Counted from the first letter of the stretch, positions 40,380 to 48,881 are shown. The stretch is DNA of 64,000 bases from Candidatus Zixiibacteriota bacterium (GCA_020853795.1 JADYYF010000044.1:1058-65057), one strand, 5' to 3'. Notes: generated by a model from the letters alone, not told the origin. Translations and numbers: made by a program.

Positions 40380-40445
40380 TCATCGCAAACCCCTCGCGGT
40401 GAAAAGGGCTTGCCCGATCTAAACGTGGACGTTATTTATCGACTC

Positions 40446-41435
40446 ATGATAGCCGGAAACAACAGGGCCGGGAAGCGGTACGACGTCTACGGCATCGGCA
40501 ATGCGTTGGTGGACTACATCTCCTTTGTCGACGACCAGTTCCTGATTGACAAGAGCATTGGCAAGGGCATCATGACCTTGGTCGGCAAGTCGGCGCATGA
40601 AACGCTGGAAGGTCTGCGCGCCCACGAAGTCAAGCGCTGCAGCGGCGGTTCGGCGGCCAATACGATTACTGGTCTGGCCGCCTTGGGCGGTCGGGGTTGC
40701 TATTCCGGCAAAGTCGGAAATGACGAACTCGGCCGATTCTATCGCGAGGACCTGACTCAGGCCGGTATTGACTTTTACGTCGAGCCCGACACGCTGCCGA
40801 CCGGGTCGTGCGTCAGCTTCGTGACTCCGGACGCCGAGCGCTCGATGCTGACCTTCCTCGGCGCATCGACTTATCTCACTGATGCGGACATTCACCTGGA
40901 GGCGCTTGCGCAGTCGCAATTCCTCTACCTCGAGGGCTATCTCTGGGATTCGCCCAAAGCGCGTAGTGCGGCGGTCCGGGCGTTGGACGCGGCCAAACGT
41001 TCCGATGTCCAGATCGCCTTCTCCTTCTCAGATGCCTGGCTGGTGGGGCGCTTTCGCGACGATTTCGTACGCTTGATTGGAGAATACGTCGACGTGCTGT
41101 TTCTGAACGCGCGTGAATCGGAGGAGATCACCGGATTTCAGGATCCGCAGATGGCGGCACGGCAGATCGCCTCGCGCGTACCCTCGATTTGCCTGACCTG
41201 CGGCGCTTCCGGCGCGATTACGGTTGCCGACGGCCATCTGCGAATGACGCCGGCCCTGCCGGTGACCAAAGTCGTCGACACGACTGGCGCCGGTGATCTC
41301 TATGCGGCAGGAGTACTGCGAGGATTGACTTCGGGGTTTGATTTAGTCACCTCATCAATGATTGGCGCACGGGCGGCGGCCGCGATTGTGGCCAAAGTCG
41401 GGGCGCGTCTCGATCGGGACGATCTTCGCGGTTAG
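40446..41435 (+). CDS. PfkB-family carbohydrate/adenosine kinase
   Basis: GIGNALVD, GGSAANT, LYLEGYLWD, VDTTGAGDLYAAG; true start ATG 40446, not the track start 39756. Confidence 0.9.
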   Translation: MIAGNNRAGKRYDVYGIGNALVDYISFVDDQFLIDKSIGKGIMTLVGKSAHETLEGLRAHEVKRCSGGSAANTITGLAALGGRGCYSGKVGNDELGRFYREDLTQAGIDFYVEPDTLPTGSCVSFVTPDAERSMLTFLGASTYLTDADIHLEALAQSQFLYLEGYLWDSPKARSAAVRALDAAKRSDVQIAFSFSDAWLVGRFRDDFVRLIGEYVDVLFLNARESEEITGFQDPQMAARQIASRVPSICLTCGASGAITVADGHLRMTPALPVTKVVDTTGAGDLYAAGVLRGLTSGFDLVTSSMIGARAAAAIVAKVGARLDRDDLRG

Positions 41436-41439
41436 TCCT

Positions 41440-42276
41440 TCAATTTCCCATTACAACGTAGGACAAACACGCTCCAGTCGGTACTTCCTCTTCCCCTTGC
41501 AGCGACATTGGCACGATGCGCTTCCAGCCGCGACGACGGCCGGCGTAGGTTAGCGCCAGCCAGGCGGCGGAGCCGGGGAAGGCGAAGTGCGCGAGCCGGT
41601 CTCGCAGTACGGCAAAATCAAGACCGGCAAAGGCTGCCTCGACCCTCTGCCATCGCGCTTGCTGTTCGCCGTCGGCCAGGTCGATATCAATCTGCGTGCA
41701 CGATACAATCAGGCCGTTTCCCAATGACGGGTGGGCCAACACCTCGCCGATGCCCGTGGCGAGCTCGGCATCATCGATCCCGGCTACAATCGGAATCAAC
41801 CGAAAATCGCCGATCAGTTTCTGCAGCCACGGCAACATCGATTCGATGACAAATTCCGCTTGCCGGCCGCCCGTGTGCCCGCGCGCCGACATAACGACGC
41901 GAGGATGCAATTCGGAAAGGGACTTGGCCAACTCCAAGTCCAGGAACACTCGACCCAGCGGCGTCTCGTAAGCGCTGCCATGAAAAATCGACGCATGGTC
42001 AAACATGACCTCCTGCGCACTGGCGACGATCACGACCGTCGGATAGCGATGGCGATTGAGTGCACGCAGGGCGCCGATCCCCGGTCCCGCGACCAGCCGA
42101 GCCGGCGCAAATGGCGTCACAATCGCCCGCACCTCGCCCTTCGCCGACTGCGGTCGCCCGGAGGCCGCAATCCGTTGCTCCACTAATTCACTCAACTCCA
42201 GCGGGTCGGCGGGATAAAGCTTGCCGGCATAGGCCATCCGCCGGACTTCATTCGGTTTCTGCTCGTGGACTTCCAT
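41440..42276 (-). CDS. Memo-like (AmmeMemoRadiSam protein B) homolog with degenerate metal site
   Basis: RRMAYAGKLYP, YETPLGRV, IESMLPWLQ, LIPIVAG align with Memo motifs, but the conserved His positions are absent. Confidence 0.7.
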   Translation of the reverse strand: MEVHEQKPNEVRRMAYAGKLYPADPLELSELVEQRIAASGRPQSAKGEVRAIVTPFAPARLVAGPGIGALRALNRHRYPTVVIVASAQEVMFDHASIFHGSAYETPLGRVFLDLELAKSLSELHPRVVMSARGHTGGRQAEFVIESMLPWLQKLIGDFRLIPIVAGIDDAELATGIGEVLAHPSLGNGLIVSCTQIDIDLADGEQQARWQRVEAAFAGLDFAVLRDRLAHFAFPGSAAWLALTYAGRRRGWKRIVPMSLQGEEEVPTGACLSYVVMGN

Positions 42277-42450
42277 GGGTGCCCCAGAATACTCATCCGG
42301 GCGCGACGAAGCAAGTTGAGAGTTGCCGCTGCTGCACCGAAGCGACTGCTCAAGACTCCCCGGATTCAGCTTGTACCAGACAAAAGCTATCTTCTGAGCC
42401 GGACTGCAATGTCAGCGCCGCACCATCTTGTTGTCGTTCGGTGAATTTCC

Positions 42451-42479
42451 TTGACAAGCGTGCCGGCGTGTGGTATAGA
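42451..42479 (+). promoter_or_regulatory. tRNA promoter TTGACA-N17-TATAGA with TG extension
   Basis: TTGACA 42451-42456, TATAGA 42474-42479, tRNA starts 10 nt later. Confidence 0.75.
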
Positions 42480-42488
42480 GGAACCGAT

Positions 42489-42562
<74 letters not shown>

Positions 42563-42798
42563 TTTTATCAAACTCGTCTCCCCTGGGTATCCCATCCAAG
42601 TTCAGCTTAGACGGTTTCCTTGGCTCTTCACTTGAGCCTGAGGACTCGAACTCCCGCCGCCTAAGTAATCGGGCATCTCCCGACTCGCCTTCGCGAACGA
42701 CAGCGCCAGACCTGAGCCGCGCTTCTGAGGTGAGTCAGTGTCAACTCAGAATTAGCAAACTATGACAATAATTCTTTGAGTTCGACTTCAGAAAATAC

Positions 42799-42827
42799 TT
42801 GACTCAAAAGAGCGTGTTATGTAGACT
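42799..42827 (+). promoter_or_regulatory. sigma70-type promoter TTGACT-N17-TAGACT for the RiPP cluster
   Basis: TTGACT 42799-42804, 17-nt spacer, TAGACT 42822-42827. Confidence 0.65.
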
Positions 42828-43043
42828 AATGTATCGAAAAGTCCAGATTTGGAGCCGGTTGACAACGGCTTCTGAGTGAATCTGTTTCTCTGGATCACAG
42901 GGACGTCCTCGAACTCCGACCTGCAGTCAATAATCTACTAGTGGAGCGGGAGGTGTCCATAACTGACGTTGGCGTATCATGCATTATGATACGATGGGCC
43001 TGGTCCCATAGGTCACTACTAACCCACTACAGGAGGATTTGCA

Positions 43044-43157
43044 ATGATCTATTTGATCGATCCGCAGAATCCAGGCATCGAAGTCTGCATCTTCAAGTTC
43101 CTCTGTCCGAAGGATAGGGTCGTTCCGTGCTACGGAATCGATCCCGTCGAGATTTGA
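43044..43157 (+). CDS. RiPP precursor peptide, 37 aa: MIYLIDPQNPGIEVCIFKFLCPKDRVVPCYGIDPVEI (absent from the ORF track)
   Basis: Hand translation; AGGAGG RBS at 43031-43036, 7 nt before ATG; three Cys and a C-Y-G motif; followed by a hairpin and two radical SAM genes. Confidence 0.88.
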   Translation: MIYLIDPQNPGIEVCIFKFLCPKDRVVPCYGIDPVEI

Positions 43158-43169
43158 GGTGACGGATCC

Positions 43170-43196
43170 GCAGAGAGGGGCATCGCCCCTCTCTGC
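43170..43196 (+). terminator. 12-bp hairpin after the precursor (mRNA stabiliser or leaky terminator)
   Basis: GCAGAGAGGGGC-ATC-GCCCCTCTCTGC followed by CTTT. Confidence 0.75.
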
Positions 43197-43425
43197 CTTT
43201 GGTTGAGTTCCGGCAGATTCCTCCTCCCAGGAACAGCACAATTTCACTGACGCATTTCTTGCGAGCGAGGTGGTGCCACCAAGTTGAAATGGACACAGAC
43301 GACCCGAGTTCTCCTGACTTTGATCTTGCCGGATCCGTGCGAAGCTTTGAGGCGGTGGAGACAGTCGGGAATAAGCAAGATTCGATAGTGCGTTAGGTGC
43401 GTTTGCTGGTAGCGAGCATGACACG

Positions 43426-44775
43426 ATGAGCAGAGTATCACGCTACAATCATTTTCAACAATGGCAAGGCGGTTATCGGATCGCCTTCAATGCCTTCACC
43501 GGTGCCCTCGCCCTGATGACCGAGGACAACTTTCAAACATATCAGAAACTGGCGGCCAAGCTCTCCAACGGTAATTCTGCGCCAATCCTGACCGATGCGG
43601 AACGGGAGCTGCTTCAACAACTCGAGCATGGCCGCTTCGTTCATCCTGACGACTGTGACGAGTTGCAAGCACTCAAGTTCACCCACGGCAGCGCCCGCTT
43701 TGATCGCACCGCACTGGCCTTGATCGTTGCTCCCACTTTAGCCTGCAACATGGCCTGTCCCTACTGCTTCGAGAACAACAAGCGCGGCAAGATGACGCCG
43801 GAGATCGCCGATCAGATCGTCGGATTCGTCAGCCGCCAAGCCAAGACCCTGACTCAGCTTGATCTCACCTGGTACGGCGGCGAACCGCTGCTGGCCCTCG
43901 ATGTCATCGAAATCCTGTCGCGCCGCCTTATCGGAATGGCAAATGATGAGTCCTTCACTTATCGAGCCTCGATCATCACCAATGGCTATCTCCTGGATCG
44001 CGACAGCGTCGACACGTTGGTCGACCTGAAAGTCGGCGTGTGCCAGGTGACGCTGGACGGCCCCGCGCGGTTGCACAATATTCGGCGCCCGCTCAAGAAC
44101 GGAAGAGACAGCTTCCAGACGATCGTTGACAATCTCAAGTACGCTGCCGGCAGGTTGGTCGTCTCCGTGCGAGTGAACATCGACAAGAGCTTCAGTTCCG
44201 CCGACGTTGCCGAGTTGCTGACGGAACTAAAGGCCGCAGGCCTGCAGCAGCGCGTATCGGTCAACTTCGGAATGGTTGAGCCGTCGTCCGCCACTTGCGC
44301 CGCCGTCGCCGAAGCCTGCTATGAAATTGCCGATTTCTCGCAGGTGGAAATCGGATTTTATCGGCAATTGCTCGACAACGGCTATGGCGTTGAGAAGCTG
44401 CCCAGCCCCTGTGCGGTCTTCTGCATGGCGCAATTGGTCAACGCCTTTTTGGTCGATCCGGACGGGAATCTCTATCGCTGCTGGAACTACGTCGGCGATC
44501 CGGCGAAGACCATGGGGCATATCCGCGACAAGATTGACTATCAGAATGCGAATTTCGTCAAGCTCTTCGCTATTGATCCGTTTGTTGATCCGCTCTGTCG
44601 TGACTGCGACATTCTGCCGGTTTGCCTGGGGGGCTGCCCATCCAATCGCGCCGACCGCGGCCTGACCGGCGAGCAGGCCTGCCAGAGCTGGAAACACAAT
44701 CTTTCTCCGATGCTGGAAATTATTGCGCGCTCGCGAAGCCAGCGGGCGGCATCTACACCCAAGGAGCAATCATGA
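43426..44775 (+). CDS. Radical SAM/SPASM peptide maturase with N-terminal RRE-like extension
   Basis: About 95-aa N-terminal extension (SRYNHF...IAFNAFTGALALM); CNMACPYC; WYGGEPLL; TLDGP...HNIRR; SPASM cysteines CAVFC, YRCW, CRDCDILPVCLGGC. Confidence 0.92.
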   Translation: MSRVSRYNHFQQWQGGYRIAFNAFTGALALMTEDNFQTYQKLAAKLSNGNSAPILTDAERELLQQLEHGRFVHPDDCDELQALKFTHGSARFDRTALALIVAPTLACNMACPYCFENNKRGKMTPEIADQIVGFVSRQAKTLTQLDLTWYGGEPLLALDVIEILSRRLIGMANDESFTYRASIITNGYLLDRDSVDTLVDLKVGVCQVTLDGPARLHNIRRPLKNGRDSFQTIVDNLKYAAGRLVVSVRVNIDKSFSSADVAELLTELKAAGLQQRVSVNFGMVEPSSATCAAVAEACYEIADFSQVEIGFYRQLLDNGYGVEKLPSPCAVFCMAQLVNAFLVDPDGNLYRCWNYVGDPAKTMGHIRDKIDYQNANFVKLFAIDPFVDPLCRDCDILPVCLGGCPSNRADRGLTGEQACQSWKHNLSPMLEIIARSRSQRAASTPKEQS

Positions 44776-45884
44776 CCGACTTCAAGTTCTATCCACGTTC
44801 CGTAGTCTGGGAGACTACTTTTGCCTGCAACATGCGGTGTCTGCACTGCGGCACCGCTGCCGGCAAGAAACGGCCCGACGAACTGACCACCGCCGAAGCC
44901 CTGAACATGATCGACGAGCTGGCAGCGCTGGGAGCCGAAGACATCACGCTCTCCGGCGGCGAACCGCTCCTTCGGGATGACTGGCTGATCCTGGCCAAGC
45001 GAATCCGCGAGCGCGGCATGAAAGCCCTGATGATATCGAACGGCCTGGCCTTCTCCGATCAGGTGGTGCAGGATATCATGAGTGTGCCGTTGAACAAGGT
45101 CGGAGTGAGCTTTGACGGTACCGAGACGACGCACAACTACATCCGCCAGCGCGACGACAGTTTCAGCGGCGCGTTGAACGCCATGCGCCTGATGCGTAAG
45201 CACGGTTTCCGCCAGTTCTGCGCCGTGAGCCAGATCTCGAATATCAATATTGACGAGATGGATGCCATCCGCCGCATCCTGATCGATGTCGGCTGTCCTC
45301 AATGGCGAGTCCAGCTCTGCACCTCGACCGGCCGCATGCGGGACAACCGTGACTTGATCCTCTCGCTCGACAATTATCCGCGCCTGATTGACAAGCTGAT
45401 TAAACTGCAGGAACATGATGACGAAATCGTCATTGATGTCGGTGAGAACATTGGCTACTACGGTCAGGCCGGCAATCAACTGCGCCAGGGCAACCCGTAC
45501 TGGGGCTGCTATGCGGGCACCCGGATTCTCGGTATCGAATCCAACGGCGCCATCAAGGGATGTCTGTCGATGCCGGAGGAATTTGTCGAGGGCAACCTCC
45601 GCGAGAAGTCGCTGGCCGAAATCTGGAATAACCCGGACGGCTTTGCTTACAACCGCCAGTTTACGCGCGACACGGCGAGCGGCGAGTGCCATGACTGCCG
45701 GTACCTGCCGCTGTGCCGCGGCGGTTGTGCGACAACCTCGGTCTCGGCCACCGGCTGCCGCGCCGACAATCCCTACTGCATTTACCGAATGGAGCAGCAG
45801 CAAGGATTCGCAACGCCGCCGGACAGCGAGTATGTGGCCGCATTGCTGGCCAAATTCCCGCCGGTGGCGAAGGAAAGCCGGTAG
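44772..45884 (+). CDS. Second radical SAM/SPASM enzyme, resembling PlpX-type spliceases
   Basis: ATG 44772 (AAGGAG RBS, ATGA overlap); VWETTFACNMRCLHCG; GENIGYYG; GCYAG; LGIESNGAIKGCLSM; CHDCRYLPLCRGGC; DNPYCIYR; no N-terminal RRE. Confidence 0.85.
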   Translation: MTDFKFYPRSVVWETTFACNMRCLHCGTAAGKKRPDELTTAEALNMIDELAALGAEDITLSGGEPLLRDDWLILAKRIRERGMKALMISNGLAFSDQVVQDIMSVPLNKVGVSFDGTETTHNYIRQRDDSFSGALNAMRLMRKHGFRQFCAVSQISNINIDEMDAIRRILIDVGCPQWRVQLCTSTGRMRDNRDLILSLDNYPRLIDKLIKLQEHDDEIVIDVGENIGYYGQAGNQLRQGNPYWGCYAGTRILGIESNGAIKGCLSMPEEFVEGNLREKSLAEIWNNPDGFAYNRQFTRDTASGECHDCRYLPLCRGGCATTSVSATGCRADNPYCIYRMEQQQGFATPPDSEYVAALLAKFPPVAKESR

Positions 45885-45928
45885 TTTCGAGGCGCCGGAA
45901 CTTGAGCCCCCGGCGCCGGCGATCGCTC

Positions 45929-47689
45929 ATGTCATTCAGCACCACCAAGGCACGACGGCTGTGGCCGTTTCTCAAGCCGTATTGGCGCCACGAACTGGTC
46001 ACCCTGATCGTCATGCTGGCGATTACGGCGCTGATCCTCGCCGTGCCGTTGACGGTGCGGTATCTCGTCGACGTCCTCATACCCGAATTGATTCGATCCG
46101 GTGCCGCCGGCGCTATCGACCTCTCGCCGGTCGTCTGGTTCGGACTCGCCTTGGTCGCCATCTACCTGTTTCAGGTTGTCCTGACCGGGGTGCGCGACTA
46201 CTTCGTTGGTTTCATCGGGGCCCGCATCATTGCCGACATGCGCTCCCACCTGTTTGCGCATCTCGAACGGCTGTCACTGAGATTCTTCCAGACACACAAG
46301 GTCGGTGAGGTGATGTCGCGATTCCTCGCCGATGTCTCGCGCATTCAGGATCTCCTCTCGTCCACGCTGCTTGTGATTCTGAACAACTTCCTGCTCTTGT
46401 TCGGCGTGCTCGCCTATCTGCTCTATGACAACTGGCAACTGACTCTGATTGCAATCATTCCCGTGCCGGTGACGATTCTCGTGACCGGCGTCCTGAGCAA
46501 ACACATTCACTCGACGGCGCGCGGACTTCAGGCGACTGTAGCGACGCTGTCGGCCGCCATCCAGGAACTCCTGGTCGGACTCAAGATCGTCAAAGCCTTT
46601 GGCCGGGAGGATGCCGAGAACAAGAAAGTCGATGGGATCATGTCCGGCCTGACCGGATTCTACGTCAAGTTCAGCGTGCTCCGCTCGGTCGCCGGCAACG
46701 GCATTCAGTTTGTCAATGCGCTCGGTCCGATCATCGTTCTCTGCGCCGGTGCCTACCTGGTCGCCGTCGGCACGATGCAGCTCGGACAGCTCTTCGCCTT
46801 CTACATGTATCTGTCGCTGCTGTATAGCCCGGTCCAGAGTCTGGCCGGTTCGCGCATCGAGGTCGCCGCCGCCATGGCCTCCGTCGAGCGCATCTTTGAG
46901 TATCTCGACCTGCCCCCCGCAGTCGAGGAGGATCCCGCGCCGGTCCGGATTGGCAAGATCCGCGGCGATATCAAGTTCACCGAAGTGAATTTCTCCTACG
47001 GCGACTCCAATTTTCGCATCGACAACCTGAATCTCCACATCCCCGCCGGCGAAACCCTGGCGTTGGTGGGACCGTCCGGCTCCGGCAAGACGACAATTAT
47101 CAACTTGATCATGCGTTTCTACGACCCTGATTCCGGCATCATTGCCGTCGATGGCGTGGACCTGCGCCGGCTCTCCCTACAGACTCTGCGCGACAATATT
47201 GCGCTCGTGGATCAGGATCCGCTCCTGTTTAACCTGACGATCGGGGAGAATATCGCCTATTCCGATCCTGCCGCGACCAGCGAGCAAATCCAACGGGCGG
47301 CGCGGATCGCCAACATTCACGATTTCATCTCCGGTCTGCCGCACGGTTACGACAGCATGGTCGGCGAGCGCGGGGTAACCTTGTCCGGCGGCGAGAAACA
47401 GCGGATTTGTCTGGCGCGCGCCTTGTTGAAGGATCCGCCGATCCTGATCCTCGACGAGGCGACCAGCGCCCTGGATTCAATCTCGGAGCAACTGATTCAG
47501 GATGCGCTCGACAAGGTGCTGGTGGGGAAGACTGCCATCATCATTGCGCACCGCCTGGCGACTGTGCAGCGTGCCGACTGGATCATCGCCCTCGACGGCG
47601 GCCGCATCGTCGCCCAAGGAACGCACTCCGAGCTCCTGGGCTCGTCGGCACTCTATCAGGAGTTGTCGCACAAGCAATTGCGGGCGTAG
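45929..47689 (+). CDS. ABC exporter (TMD plus NBD), no C39 peptidase domain
   Basis: GPSGSGKTT, LSGGEKQR, ILDEATSALD, IIAHRL; ATG 45929. Confidence 0.93.
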   Translation: MSFSTTKARRLWPFLKPYWRHELVTLIVMLAITALILAVPLTVRYLVDVLIPELIRSGAAGAIDLSPVVWFGLALVAIYLFQVVLTGVRDYFVGFIGARIIADMRSHLFAHLERLSLRFFQTHKVGEVMSRFLADVSRIQDLLSSTLLVILNNFLLLFGVLAYLLYDNWQLTLIAIIPVPVTILVTGVLSKHIHSTARGLQATVATLSAAIQELLVGLKIVKAFGREDAENKKVDGIMSGLTGFYVKFSVLRSVAGNGIQFVNALGPIIVLCAGAYLVAVGTMQLGQLFAFYMYLSLLYSPVQSLAGSRIEVAAAMASVERIFEYLDLPPAVEEDPAPVRIGKIRGDIKFTEVNFSYGDSNFRIDNLNLHIPAGETLALVGPSGSGKTTIINLIMRFYDPDSGIIAVDGVDLRRLSLQTLRDNIALVDQDPLLFNLTIGENIAYSDPAATSEQIQRAARIANIHDFISGLPHGYDSMVGERGVTLSGGEKQRICLARALLKDPPILILDEATSALDSISEQLIQDALDKVLVGKTAIIIAHRLATVQRADWIIALDGGRIVAQGTHSELLGSSALYQELSHKQLRA

Positions 47690-47858
47690 TCCTTCGCAGT
47701 TCCGCACGATTCCCGCAGAATTGACTTCGTATTTCAACAAATTCAATCGCGCATTACCCGCTGAATCCACTTATTTTCTATTCCGCAATTGTGTCGACAA
47801 CGATCGCGAATTGCACGTCGCAGTTTTGAGTGATTTAGTCTTTTAGCAAGGAGAACCA

Positions 47859-48836
47859 TTGGACGTCAGGCGCTTTGACAGCACGTTGCATGCAATCGGC
47901 AACACGCCGCTGGTCAAGCTAACCCGCATCACGGCAGACCTGCAGTGCGCGGTCTATGCCAAGTTGGAGTTTCTAAACCCGTCCGGCAGTATCAAAGACC
48001 GCGTCGCCCGGCACATGATTCTCAAGGCCGAACGGGACGGCCGCATTAAGCCCGGTGACACGATCATCGAAAATTCTTCCGGCAACATGGCCATGAGTCT
48101 CGCCTTGATCGCCATCCAGCGCGGTTACAAACTGAAAGTCGTGGTGCGCGATACGATCAGCCCGGAGAAACTCAGTCAATTGCTGGCGCTTGGTGTTGAT
48201 GTGATTAAGGCCGACACCTCGTTACCGCCGGAGTCGCCCGATTCCTACAACAATATCACGCCGCGACTCGCGCGCCAGCTCACCAACGGCTATTTCCCCG
48301 ACCAGCACAACAATCGCGAAAACAATGAGGCACATTACCTCACAACCGGTCCGGAGATTTGGGAACAGATGGAAGGCCGGATTGACTATCTGGTGGCCGG
48401 GATGGGGACCGGCGGCACGATCGGCGGCGTCGGGCGCTATCTGAAGGAGAAAGACCCGAAGATTCAGATTGTCGCGGTCGATGTGGTTGGCTCAATCTAC
48501 ACCGAGTACTTTCGCACCAGGAAGCTGATCAAGCCGTCACCTTATCTGATGGAAGGACTCGGCGATGAGTTCATCGTGGGTTGCGCCGATTTCACGGTTA
48601 TCGACGACATGGTGCAGGTCGCTGATGCTGACGCGTTTCATACCGCGCGTCGACTGGCCCGACAGGAGGGCATTCTGGCCGGCGGATCCAGCGGTGCCGC
48701 GATCTGGGCCGTGCTGAAGATTGCCGGAGCGCTCGCCGCATCGGCCCGGATGGTGACTATCTTTCCGGACGGCGCTTCCCGATATCTGAGTACGATCTAC
48801 AATGACGACTGGCTGCGAGCCAAGGGGATGATGTAG
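47859..48836 (+). CDS. PLP-dependent cysteine synthase / cystathionine beta-synthase-fold enzyme (TTG start)
   Basis: IGNTPLV, NPSGSIKDR (PLP Lys), GMGTGGTIGG, MEGLG, LAGGSSGA; AAGGAG RBS. Confidence 0.88.
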   Translation: MDVRRFDSTLHAIGNTPLVKLTRITADLQCAVYAKLEFLNPSGSIKDRVARHMILKAERDGRIKPGDTIIENSSGNMAMSLALIAIQRGYKLKVVVRDTISPEKLSQLLALGVDVIKADTSLPPESPDSYNNITPRLARQLTNGYFPDQHNNRENNEAHYLTTGPEIWEQMEGRIDYLVAGMGTGGTIGGVGRYLKEKDPKIQIVAVDVVGSIYTEYFRTRKLIKPSPYLMEGLGDEFIVGCADFTVIDDMVQVADADAFHTARRLARQEGILAGGSSGAAIWAVLKIAGALAASARMVTIFPDGASRYLSTIYNDDWLRAKGMM

Positions 48837-48881
48837 GCGTCCTCCGTTTTTTGTCGATATTCCCGCTCGCCCGCACAAGTG

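Noticed and set aside
39756-40445. Apparent 230-aa N-terminal extension on the PfkB kinase
   Set aside because: It is antisense to dprA; the kinase motifs begin right after ATG 40446
43155-43250. Selenocysteine read-through of the precursor UGA (hairpin 12 nt downstream, SelD in the same genome)
   Set aside because: The hairpin is a perfect 12-bp stem with an ATC loop and lacks the loop G typical of bacterial SECIS elements. The 30-aa extension to 43250 looks random. A stability or terminator hairpin is the simpler explanation.
43199-43396. Small ORF between the precursor and rSAM-1 as a PqqD/PlpY-like RRE protein or second precursor
   Set aside because: No clear RBS, no PqqD-like helical pattern and no YxIDP or YG motif
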